From assembly GCA_032718475.1 (NCBI GenBank), contig JAUCBJ010005855.1, positions 4,827 through 68,826 on the forward strand: a DNA stretch of 64,000 bases. The letters are read 5' to 3'. The translations under genes were made by a program, and so were the position numbers. The first letter of the stretch is position 1, and each line of letters opens with the position of its first letter. The notes beneath the pieces are model-generated. The model saw only the letters and a list, made by a program, of their open reading frames with translations. It had not been told where the DNA came from and made no database searches. This document shows, one piece after another, positions 11,546 to 23,926 of the stretch. Source of the stretch: Nemertoderma westbladi (lineage: Eukaryota; Animalia; Xenacoelomorpha).

Positions 11546-14344
11546 CGGTTATCACTCTTACTTACTTCTTAGAACCTAAATCCTTACTCTTGTAAAAATT
11601 AGTTTATTCGGTTTCTTGTTGAAACTTCGTTTGATAATTCCTTTGTAAAACTGTAAATATACTGCAAATTCCTGAACATGTTTTCTTTTGGTCCAACTTT
11701 GGGACAGCCAAACATCAGGAAGATGGCAGCCTAGACCGTTAGGCCGTAAGCAACGCAGGGAAAAGATGTCCACAACACGCTAGCGCCCACATTGGATTGA
11801 CCGCGCACCCCCTTTGCCCCTTCGAAATACTCCACTTGCCATGCAGCGCCCGCTTTGTGAGAAAGGCAAGACTTTGTTCGACGCCCTTGCCCGCCGTAAG
11901 ACCTATAGATCAGGGTAAGCGTGACGCCGTCCTGGACGCCGCAAATTTAGGATCAAATAATTATATTCAGACAGAAACACCCCCCCCCCCCCCCCCCCCC
12001 TTTGTCATGTCCTACGAACCCCTGGGTTAACCTGTACTTCCTACAGGTGCGAACTATTGCCATTCGTCAGTATGCGAGTACATATTAGGTACGGACAGCA
12101 TATGTTCCATAATTTAGTGATTCGTAGCACTGACTGTTTGGTACCGGTTCGCTTTGTAGAACGTACATTAGTACCCCCCCCCCCCCCCCCCCCTGTCTGG
12201 AGTTAGCTATTTGATCAGGCAAGGAGCATTTCTGCTACCGGCACACTGCTTGGCCTAGGGAGGTTTTATTAATATCCTACCGCGCCTTGCCACGTACTGA
12301 TAGGTATTGCTGCTAACTACCGCAGCAACAAAGTTCTAGAATTAAATTAGTATACCAGATCAGCTAACGTACGGTAGCGATTAACCCCTATTTCTTATCT
12401 TACAACCAGAATCTGGTATTAGTGCCGATCCGGGTGTAGTTACTAACACCGTGGTTGCCCATTGGGTTGTGGATAGGAAGGAGAGAGCTTTGACGTCATT
12501 TGTGAGTATAAAGTTCTACAAAACGCGACTAGTTTATTTTAGTAGCTAGCGCATGGTATCATTTCAGTCAGAAAATCACTAAAACCTAGTAAAAGGAAAT
12601 ACACGAAATTGTTTTATTTGTAACACACCCACACACACACGCCCTAAAACATATTGCCCTTAGAGTTCTACTAGCTATAGCGCACTATACATTATTTTAG
12701 GTAGAAATTATCTGTATTTGTAAAATTAGGATCTGATTTAGTTGCGGCAAGAGAGAGTATTTCATTTTCGTTATTAAACTGTTGATTTCTGTCCAGCAGT
12801 ATTGTTACATTTAGGCTTGACCCTTTAGACTGATTTCGTACAGGGGGATCAGTTATCGTTACATTTAGGCACGACCTTTTAGGCTGATTTAGACAGGGGT
12901 AATCAGCATTGTTACACTAGGTCTGTTAACCACCTAGTTCGTATATAAACCATATAAATCACACCGCGGCAAGTTACTGTATTTAGGACTGTCAGTGATA
13001 GTTAGGATTCGCTGCGCGGGGATTGTTTTTCCGTGAGTTTGGTCTGTTACTGTAACTGTACATCTGCCTCACCGGTTAGAGGACAGGTATCCTTTTGTCT
13101 AGTACGTAGGCATTAGACCCGCTCACGTACATAGAATAGATACTAGGCTCTGTTCCTCGCTTTAGTTTAGTAGTCGTTTGTGTATTGTATCTGTTTGTTT
13201 AGATATCCTGGACTGGGATTTGTTGTCAGATACTGTACGAGCCCATATACATTACTAGAGTCTCATAGTAAGATACATCGTTACTAGGATCTGGTAAGCG
13301 GTATACTACTGGACCCTTACAGTAGGAAGTATTTTATTAAATATCTCGACCGAAGGTGCGTGCGCATTTTAGGGTGAGATATATATATAAATATAGTTAG
13401 CTATTGTAAGTAAGAAGTACTATATAAATTAGTGTATAGTATAATTTAGATCTGTTAGCTATTGAAAGTAGGAGATATTTAAAAATTAAGGTTAGTAAAT
13501 TTAGTAATTTAGAACGTCCCCTGCTTCAGTAGGCTCTTAGGGTAGCTAGTACTTTCGTATTTAATATTTGACTAGCTAACAGTTAGTTTGTAGCACTTTG
13601 TTTTACGCTGTGTGTGTGCGGTGTTACTTTCGGTACTTGAAAAGGTACATAGGGTTTAAAGACCAATTTGTATCGGTACCTAGGAAGATTTTTCGTAAGC
13701 GTAGAAGTAAAACTCTCACCTTCGACCTTTTCAGGACTCAAGGACTCATTTCTGGACCGCTTCGAGGATTAGACCGCTTTTCGCAAAGTTTGGGAGACAA
13801 TAAATTCGTCCGCGCCGCCGAAAAACGGAAAGACCCACGTCCGGTTTGTATTTGGGAATTTGTACGACTGGAAGATCAAAGGAACGTAAGTTTTACGACT
13901 CGCGTCGTTCAAACTTAAGAAAGCACAGTAGTACTCAAAATTTGTGGGTTTCACTGTCTATTAGTAGTGTTGTTTGTACTTATTTTCCCGTTAGACGTTG
14001 CTGTTTAGCCTATTATTTGTACTTGTTGATCTATATTTTGTTAACGTATATCGTTATCTCATTTATTCGTACAAATTTAGCCGGTAGGCTAGATTACTAC
14101 TTATTTTATTATATACTTTGTTAGTTTATTTGTACCGGTTAGGATATATATATGATATATATATATATCAAGGTAAGTTTGACATTTGTACATTTCGACA
14201 TTTTGACATTTCGACATTCTGACTTGTTGATTTATTTGTACCGGTTAGGGTATATATATACTATATATACCAAGGTAAGTTTGACACTTCAACATTCAGA
14301 CACTTTGACATTTTATTACCCGTACTTGACGTATATAATAAGAC

Positions 14345-17300
14345 ATGAGTGACACACCCCATTCGACGAGATACCCACCTACCGACTATGACTCGTGCGA
14401 CCCGGACAGATCGACAGTAGACGAACCAAGAAGGAGAACCCGAGATTCCACCGATGTCACACCGCTTGCGTCACCGGTACCCCGAACGGAAATACCGGAA
14501 ACCGCAACGCGTGGCGACGGCAGAATCGAAGATTTCCTTACCGTCCCGCAGACTAGATCACGGGAACCGGACATGGTAAGTTCGACTGGAAGCCAGGAGA
14601 ACGTTATTAGAAGTATAGGAGGACACATGGCCCAGATTACTCGGATCCTCGGAGAAGGTTTTCGCGTTTTACGCGAGTTAACCGCCCCGATGTCGAGATA
14701 TGAGTTCTACACCTTACAGGTAAGGATAGAAAGTAGGGTACATGCCTCCGTAGATAAACTTAAAGGTTTACATGAACTTGCAGAGTTGCGCGGCGACAAC
14801 TTTACTCAGGTAAAGATAGTAGATAAATTAGTAAGTGCGAGAGAAAGCATTATCCAGTTTAAGTCAGTAATAAGATTGGCTCAACAGGAGCAGTTTGACC
14901 AACTGCTAGGTGAGTCAGTTTCGGACGCGTTGTTACAACCCGAAGAGGAAAAAGAACTCTACTGCCTGGACAGAAGGTTGGAAACGCTTACCAATTTTCT
15001 TCGTAGATGTGGCGTACCGATCGACGAACCGGAAGTCGAACCGCGAGGGACGACGGAAGTTCTCACTACGGAAGGCTCGCGAGCCTACCAACATCCACCA
15101 CTGGATAGATCGTTCGTTAGCGTACGGAGCGACGTTGGCAACGTTGGCGACGTTAGTAAAACAGCGTCTGTAATTACTCGACAACAACAGGAGGTTGCAC
15201 GCCGACAACAAGTCGCCGAGGAAGAAGCGCAACACCAGATGGCACAGATCGCCATCGAAGGAGAGAAACAACATAGAGAGGACGAGGCAAGAATTGCGCA
15301 ACTCAAGGCGCAAGCCGAATTCGAAGCTTCGGAAATGCGCAGACTGGAGGAGGACTTAGCGCGAGAAGCGGCGGCAGCAGCCGACGAGTTAGCACGAAAG
15401 AAAGCAGCATCCGACGCTCGTGCCAAGTTGGAGGCGCGACAAATAAACGCTCGATTAGCTATACAGGAAGCGGAGTTAGCGGCACAACAACAAGTAGCGG
15501 ATCGACGCGAAAGGGAGATGCAACTACAGTTCGAATTGAATCGTAGATCGCGCGAGACAGCGAACGCGCAAGCGGACCTCGAACTCGACGCGAGAGATAG
15601 ATCTATAAGATCGCGAACTGGACACGACTTGTCTGCCCTGGATTGTATGGAAGCTCGATATCGCGGAATACAGAAGCAGATCGAGGAAGGAAGTGTGGGA
15701 GCGATAGATCGAGGAGAGGAGTTCGTCGAGGATTACTGTAAACGTTTTCCCCAAGTTATTCCTATGCTCAAACCCACGACTCCGATAAAACCGGTCTTCG
15801 TTACGAAACCTAAGGAAATAACGCCTGTGCGTTCGACGCAAGGCAACAGGTTTGTTGTGACGGAAATACCGCAACCTAGGGCGACTTCATCACCAATTTT
15901 AGCAGGTAACATAACTAGTCCACCTACAGTAAGTCGTAGTCTACTTGTAGGAAGAGAGGAACCTGCGTTTATGACCATTAAACAGGTGAGTAAACCATTA
16001 CAAGTTAAACCTGTGACGTGCTGTGCAAATCCAGTTATTTACAGACCGACTACGAAACCCGACTATTTCACTCGACCGTTGACACAATGTTCGACGCAAC
16101 CTACGACTTCGTGGAAGGCTTGCGAGCCTACCGAACTACGGAGGAGGATGGATGTGGGTAGTACCCACAGGATCGGACAACGTATAGCGAGACCTACGAC
16201 TTCGTGGAAGGCTTGCGAGCCTACCGAACAACGGAGAGCCGTAGATTCCAGACCACAACGGACGAAACCGAGAATAATACGCCGGACACGAACCCGCCAG
16301 CCACCTTATCCGGACGACAGCGACTCATCTAGTGACTCGGAGTCGACGGAACGGGAAATATTCCGTACTGGAGCGGCGGAAGATTACAAACGAGAGGAGA
16401 GGTCGACGAATCCATACATCGACAATCCACCTCGAGAAACACCCCAACAGAAACCCACGTTGAAACCAGCGGAAACGATCAGCGCTAAACAGTTCACCGA
16501 GATGACGGACAGAATAGCTCAACTCGAAGAACGACTCGAAGCGCAACCGTCGGATCGATCTCGAACCAGCGTGGAGTTGGAACAACCTAGACAACATCGA
16601 CCACCGAGGAGAGAACAGGAGACTAGACGGACTCCGACACATCGAGAAGATGATCCCGTTAATAATTCCTACCGACGAACAACGCGCGGAAGGGAGCGAC
16701 TGGACGACGCCGCCGAACAGGGACGCGGACAGTTGGATTTGGTTAGCGAGATTGCGAAATTCGCGGCTAGACACAGATTACCGGCACAGCAACCGCCGAA
16801 GTTCTCTGGCAACGCGAAACACTGGCGCACACTGGTAGACTACGTAGAGTCCCAGATCGCTAAGTGTGCTTTCACCTCGACGGAGAAGTTTAATTACTTG
16901 CTCCAAGTTCTGTCTGGTGAGCCGAAACGATTAGCGGAACCCTTTATTGGAGTTCCCGATGCCTTCGAGTTAGCATACGATTGTTTATATTCGATTTACG
17001 GAGGTAATGTCGCCATGGCTAAATCCATTATTGAAGACCTCTGCAGAGGAGGCAACATTTCGAGACCGATCGACCTTTTACGACTCGCGGACGAAATAAA
17101 GAACGCTATAGGGACTTTACGGTCCATTGGACAACTCGAGTACGCTAACGCACCGACGGTTCTCATTCGAATAATCGGTCGACTTCACCATCGACTACGA
17201 CGAGACTGGCGACGCATCGAGTACCAGCGCGAAGAGGCCGGAGGGTTATTAAAACTCACCGATGTCTATCAACTGATTTCACGGGAGGCCGTGATCGAGA

Positions 17301-17461
17301 CTCGATCGAACTATACCGATCACCATATCGCGGCGGAAGGGATAGCTATTTCTGCGCCGAATCGGACAAAACCGTTTCCGACGAACGCGAAAGCCGTTAC
17401 TTACGCCACCCCTACTGAGACTTCTAAAGTTCTGACGCCTATCGGCACCACGCAGCCATGA
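14345..17461 (+). pseudogene. gag: Gag region of element 1 polyprotein (premature TGA and nearby 2-bp deletion)
   Basis: Coiled-coil region; PPKFSGNAKHW...EKFNYLLQVLSGEP (BEL/Pao gag); sibling reads QPQQQLPADFEGCPYC through this point. Confidence 0.88.
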
Positions 17462-17480
17462 CAACAGTTGCCGGCACTTT

Positions 17481-20348
17481 GTGGGATGCTCATACTGCGA
17501 GCGGAACGGCAGAAACCATAGCGGACATAAACTACGTGGATGTCACGCTTTTAAAGAGTTAGGGATCGAGGAGAGGAGACTCCAAATCCGATCTCTAGAT
17601 TCCTGTTGGAGATGTATGAAGCCAGGACACGTCCGGAAGGATTGCACAAGCGACGATACATGTTCTCTGTGTGGACGTAACCATGACGCGTTGCTTCACA
17701 CAACCAGTCATACTCTGACCAGACGCTTTCGACGAGAGCATCCAGATAAAGCGGCTAGATGCGACGCTCTTTATAAGGAGCGTGCGCCGCGCGAGATCCG
17801 TACCTTTTATACCGACTGTATGGATCAGTCAGGATCATCGGACGAGGACGAGGAGGAAGACAACACTTTCTACGTGCATGCAGGTGAGGAACAGCCATCG
17901 ATAACGCTCCTCACACAGAACCAATTGAAAGGGTTTAGCGTGATTCCCATAAAGATTACCGGAACCCGAGGGAGCAAGCGTATATACGCCATCTTAGACT
18001 CTGCGTCATCGCATAGCTATGTCGACGAACAAGTAGCCGACGTAGTTACGGACATGAGTCAAGGTAAGACTGCTCAGCATACAGTAAGTAGCATGCATGG
18101 TAAGAGAGCGATCCCTGTGACAAGAGTAAAACTAACTTTAGACACTCTTCTTTCCAAAGCGGAACACAGCAAGGAGGAGCGCTCATTACTTCCGGTAAGA
18201 AATTTGACCTTTGCAGCTACGAAGGACTTTAGTAACTTGCTCGGCCCTGTGCCAGAGCAATCACCGGAAGATCGTAAGTGTTTCCGACACCTTGGAATAC
18301 CGGAATGTCCTGTTAATTATCATTCCATTGCGATGTTAATTGGGACAGACCAGTTTAACTTACATCAGGTATGGGAGACACGCCCATCTGTTATTACAGC
18401 GGGCAACCCCTACGCATGTAGAACTCCCATAGGTTGGTATACTAGAGCACCAATACGTTCACTAGAGGTAAGTGACCAGGAGGACGACGTTTTGAGTACG
18501 TGTAGTTTATTGACTAACACGATAGATAATTCTCCTTCACACTCCTGTGGTCCAATTGTACGGACGGCACTACGACAGACTTGCGTCACTAACGCAGACG
18601 CCACCGATACTGACGTAACCGATCTGGACACGACCATACGGACCTCTGACTTACAACTACTTGCAGTAGACCAGGTTGTATTGACTACTGAAGACCAAAG
18701 GGTTGTTGCCGTGGATGACTCGATGAACGAGGATTTTGGAAGGCTTGCGAGCCTACCGAAAAATCCGAAGGTCATTGACCCCACCCACCAGGCTTCGACA
18801 CCGGTCGTTGATCTTGGAAGGCTTGCGAGCCTACCGACAGATCAAAAGGTTGTCAAACCGCCGCACGACGATTCGACGCCGACTAGTGACACCGGAAGGC
18901 TTGCGAGCCTACCAGACACCTTGACACTAGCCACCGCAGCGGACGAAGACGTGGACGAGGACCATGGCGCAGTGCAAGCAGCGCTTGACCGACTGCTGAC
19001 TGAACGGACCATACAATGGTTGGAACAGGACTCAGCAGAACCCGGTAGTTACGAGACCGCTATGTCAGAACAGGAAAAACGGTCATTAAATATTATGAGA
19101 GATACCATTCGCCAGACCGCGAATGGCCACTATGAGGTTGGTATGTTGTGGCGCAATGGACAACCTAAGCTCGTTAACAATTACCCGCTTGCTTTGAGGC
19201 GACTCAAATCAATAAGGCAGCGATTGTTGCGAGACGAGATGGCCCATATGCAATACAATGCACAACTTCAGACGTATCTCCAAAAGGGATACGCCATTAC
19301 GATGTTAAATCCCGAGGTAACCACAGACCAGACATATTACCTGCCACATCATTTTGTTCGACACCCGGACAAACCTGGCAAGGTGCGTGTAGTCAACGAC
19401 TGCGCCGCGCTTTACCAAGGGATGTCTATGAATAGCGAACTGATGGACGGGCCGAATATGAATAATTACCTCATGGGAGTCCTAATGCGTTTTAGACAAC
19501 GCAAAGTGGCTTTCACCTGTGACGTAGAGGCCATGTTTCACCAGGTTAAGGCTTTGGAGCGGGACAGGGACAGTTTGAGGTTTCTTTGGTATCCGGACGG
19601 AAACTTACAACTTCCGCCAGAAACTTACCAAATGCAGGTAAGAGTATTCGGAGCCAGGGACAGCCCCAACTGCACCATGTACGCATTAAAGCAGACAGCA
19701 TTGGACAGACGAGACCAATTTGACCCAGAAGTAGTTCGGACCGTGGAACGAGACTTCTACGTGGATGACGGCCTCAAGAGTTGTGACACCTTGGAGCGCG
19801 CTACAACCGTAGCACACCAACTCCAGGATTGTCTCGATGAGGGCGGATTTCACCTGACGAAGTTCGCTTCCAACGAACCCGAGCTGGTGAACTCATTTGA
19901 CCCGATGGATCGCAGTGGAGGTGACTTGGACTTAGACCTAGAACCTCTGCCGACGACCAAAGTATTAGGACTTAGTTGGGACCCTAACACCGACAATTTT
20001 AGGGTACGTGTAAGGTCCAACGACCAGACTAGACCTCTCACTAAGAGGACTTGCTTATCGACCATGAGTCGATTGTATGACCCATTGTGTTTCATTAGTC
20101 CAGTGATCCTACATGCTAGGATCATACTCCGCAGCATTTGGCAAGCCGGACTGGAATGGGACGATCCCATCCCAGAAAAGTTAGCTGAGCGATGGAGGGA
20201 CTGGGAAGCCCAACTGACGTTCCTACAAGATTATACCATACCGAGGGTATACTTTCCTTTGCAAACCACCTTTCCTGCCGATTTAGAGCTTCACAGCTTT
20301 AGTGACGCTAGCAAGGATGGATTGGGGGTTACTTTATACCTTAGATGA
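17481..20348 (+). pseudogene. pol: Zn knuckles, aspartic protease, RT and start of RNase H of element 1
   Basis: CWRCMKPGHVRKDC, ILDSASSHSYV, YYLPHH, DGPN, DVEAMFHQV, RFLW, VFGARDSP, FYVDD, HSFSDAS. Confidence 0.93.
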
Positions 20349-23189
20349 CAAGTGACATTGGACAGCTACGATGTATCTCTCGTTACTTCAAGGGCTAGAA
20401 CGATGCCATTGAAGTATATGACTGTACCTCGTGGGGAGCTGCAAGCCGGGACGATATCCACCGATATTGTCAGTCTAGTTCAACGCGAGCTGGAGGCTAA
20501 CTTGAAGGTCACATATTGGACGGATGCGACGTTGGTACTTTGGTACATAAACAACGAAACATTTGAGTTCAAGACTTTCGTAGCCAACAGACGGGCTGAA
20601 ATATTAGACCGGTCGCTCAAACAAGATTGGCGTCACTGTCCAGGGAAGCTGAACCCAGCTGACATCGCGTCAAGGGGGATGCAACCGCTTGACTTTTGTA
20701 AACCGGACAATAAATCCTTTTGGTTTAGAGGACCCGATTTCCTACAGCGACCATCAGACGAATGGCCACCGTTATTCGACGCGACAACCAACACCATACC
20801 AGAGGGTGCCGAGATAAAACTCGACAAGGTTGTCAAGTCTAAAGCGAAAGCCAACGCCAAGGTCAAGAGGAAAAAAGGACGGACGAAATCTGATGACCTG
20901 GACGCCAGACCTTACATTACGCCAGACGTCTCGCCAGACACTCGACCAGACGCTTGTACGAATCCTTCGCCGGATGTTCCGCGGGAGATTTCACCAGACG
21001 TTTCGCCGGATTGTTCACCAGATTACTCGCCAGACTATTCACCAGAAGAGACACCAGATTGTTCTCCGGATTGTTCGCCAGATTGTTTGATGGAACTCTC
21101 GACAGAATGTCTACCGGACGTCTCACCAGACTTTCCACCAGACATCTCGACAGACTGTCCACCAGACTTTAGACCAGACTTTGAACCAGACTTTCTGACA
21201 GAAGTTACGCTAGACAGACTTTGGGACCGACGACAGGACATTTTGCCGGATGTTCCGTGCTATGTCTCACCAGACGTCTCACCAGACTGTTCACCAGACG
21301 CTTCACCAGACTGTCTACTAGACACTCCATTAGAAGACCCATTGGAGCGGACTTTTAGAGACTTACCAAATTTGACTTCTTTGGACGACAAAGGTGTGGC
21401 CACAGGGATTACACTCCGCTCGAAGAAGGTACTTGACTTACCTACAGGTAAACGTGTGACTAAGGTTAGGAAGCTTACAGGCTCACAGGAACACACTGAC
21501 ACTGTAGAGTTGAAACCATTACTGCCAGTCGACACATTAGGTGCGGACGGTAAAGGAAAGACCGTAGAGATTGACGTACTTGGGGACTCAGACAAACCTA
21601 CCGGAAGGCCCGTGGGCCTACCAAGTCCAGACAAGTATCCACACTACGACTACACCTTACCCGATGACGTCACCAACACTTACGTTGACAGGATAGTGAA
21701 CCTAACTAGATCATGGACTGACGTGTGCCGCAAGTTAGCATGGCTCAAACGATTGAGACAATATGCCAGAGGCAAACGCGACTTTCCTAGAAGACTTACC
21801 TTAAAGGAAATTGGCCACTGTGAAGTTGATATCATTCGACATTATCAATTGCGATATTTCGCACGAGAGTTCACAGCGATCAAACAAGGTAAACAGATTA
21901 AGTCTTCACCGATTTTGAGTTGGAGTCCGATTATTTACCGGGGCTTACTTTGTCACAAGTCCAGACTCCAAAACATCGACTTTGCACTTGACTTTAGGTA
22001 TCCTATCATCATACCGCAACACCATGAGTTACAGCGCGCTATGATACTGGACGCACATGTACAACTCAAACACGTAGGTAGACACCACTGTCTATCACAC
22101 TTACGCTCGAGGTTTGTACTGATTAGACCTAGTAAGGCACTGAGTTCGGTAACACGGAACTGTATTATTTGTAAGAAGGTGCACGCGAGGATAGGACACC
22201 AAGAAATGAGTGAACTACCACTAGAAAGATTACAGGCGTTTAGACCCCCTTTCACTGAGACAGGGATAGACTGTTTTGGACCCATAATCGCGAAACGCGG
22301 AAGGGTACAGGTAAAACGTTGGGGATTGATCTTCACTTGCATGGCCAGCAGAGCTGTCCATATAGAACGAGTGACAGACTTGACCACCAATGCCTTTATC
22401 CTAGCCTTACGGCGATTTATCGCTAGACGTGGATTGGTCAAATCCATATACTGCGACCAAGGGACAAACTTTGTGGGTGCACGGAACGAAATAACCAGAG
22501 CTTTGAGAAAATTGGACCAAAACCAGATTTCCGAGGAACTACGTCCTCACCGTATTGTTTGGTTTTTCAATACTCCAGACAGTCCGTGGAGAGGCGGCGT
22601 TTGGGAAAGGCTGATTGGCTCAATAAAGACAGCTATGGCTAAAGTCGTACCGACGCAACACATCTTGACAGACGACCAACTGACGACGTTACTAATAGAA
22701 ATCGAAGCAATCTTAAATACTAGACCGATCGCTTTGATCCCAGACAATAACGACGTACAGTTTGCCTTGACACCAGCGCACCTGCTTATGCAGCCGCCGA
22801 CGACATTGTTGCCCATTTCGGTACCCGTTGATAGTGACGGATACGGCAACAAGGCTTGGAAAATCACTCAATTGCTTGCAAATAAATTCTGGGAAATATG
22901 GCAGAAATATTATTTGCCCTCTATTTCGACCAGAACCTCTTGGTATCTAAATACCCGATGTTTAAGACGTGGTGACCATGTTTTATTGGCTGAAGCTAAT
23001 CTGAAAAGACGGTTTTGGTTGACTGGAGTCATTTTGACCACGCACCCTACATCTGGTGTAGTGAGGACAGTTACTGTAAAGACTATCGACGGACGTACCG
23101 TAGATAGGCCTGTACAACGTCTCGTACTCCTTGAGGAGACTAGAAACGAGACGGGAGACTACAAATCTCCACCCAATATTAGTAAATAG
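20349..23189 (+). pseudogene. pol: RNase H and integrase of element 1 (same frame, after in-frame TGA)
   Basis: VPRGELQA, YWTDA, NPADIASRG, H..H..CIIC, GIDCFGP, CDQGTNF, GGVWER. Confidence 0.93.
20905..21360 (+). repeat. 12-bp in-frame coding minisatellite (xSPD/xxPD) between RNase H and integrase
   Basis: ccagac/ccggat about every 12 nt; ISPDVSPDCSPDYSPDYSPE. Confidence 0.85.
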
Positions 23190-23926
23190 ATGTGGGACCT
23201 TAGTTGGCCGCCACATAGACCTACGGTATTTTAGTTATTTGTATTTGTATTACTGTACGTGCATTTGTAATCCTCTTCACTGTAGATAGAGACAGCGGTG
23301 GAATTCCATTGTCTTTATACGTGAACATGGAGGGTAGTACCCTTATGTATCACATAGGAGCGGGATTGTGTGTACAGTAGGAATGGAATTCCACTTGGAA
23401 CCCACAAGTGAGACAATTTTCAAAAATTATTAGACAAATCCATTTGTTTGGATTTAAATTTAAGAAAAGCGATTCTCCAGTGAAAGCAAATTCTAGAATA
23501 CAGCTAGATAAAAATTAAAATTGGGGAGGACAAGAGCGGATGGAAGGCTTGCGAGCCTACCGATAAAATTTTTTTTGGAAAAAGAAAATCGGCCTTGTTC
23601 TACGTAGTCGTGTCTACCATTATTTAGACCAATTAATTCTCAACTGCACTATTTTTCTTGGGAAACGTAGTTTGGGAAATTAAAAGGTGAGTATTTTAGA
23701 CTCGCGGCTAGTTTACCCGGAATTCGTTTTTTATCGGCACATTTTTTGGATTAGGAGCCAGTGCGAAATCACGCGAACCCGAAATCATTAGGCAAAATGG
23801 GTTGGGGTTTAGAGCAGAGTTGAGCCAAAAGCCGACAAACTATAAGTCACCTCACATCTAACCTCTATTTTGTGCTTCATCTAGTAGAAACGTAACGATA
23901 TGTAACCACATATATATTCGTATACG

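Larger units (their letters stand above)
11027..12109 (+). repeat. 5' LTR of element 1
   Basis: TGATG...TTCCA; matches 28320-29409 except ~4 substitutions seen by eye and poly-C length. Confidence 0.9.

Noticed and set aside
17459-17481. Programmed gag-pol frameshift or readthrough site
   Set aside because: Sibling element 3 reads straight through here, so the stop and 2-bp deletion are lesions; BEL/Pao elements normally have a single polyprotein frame.
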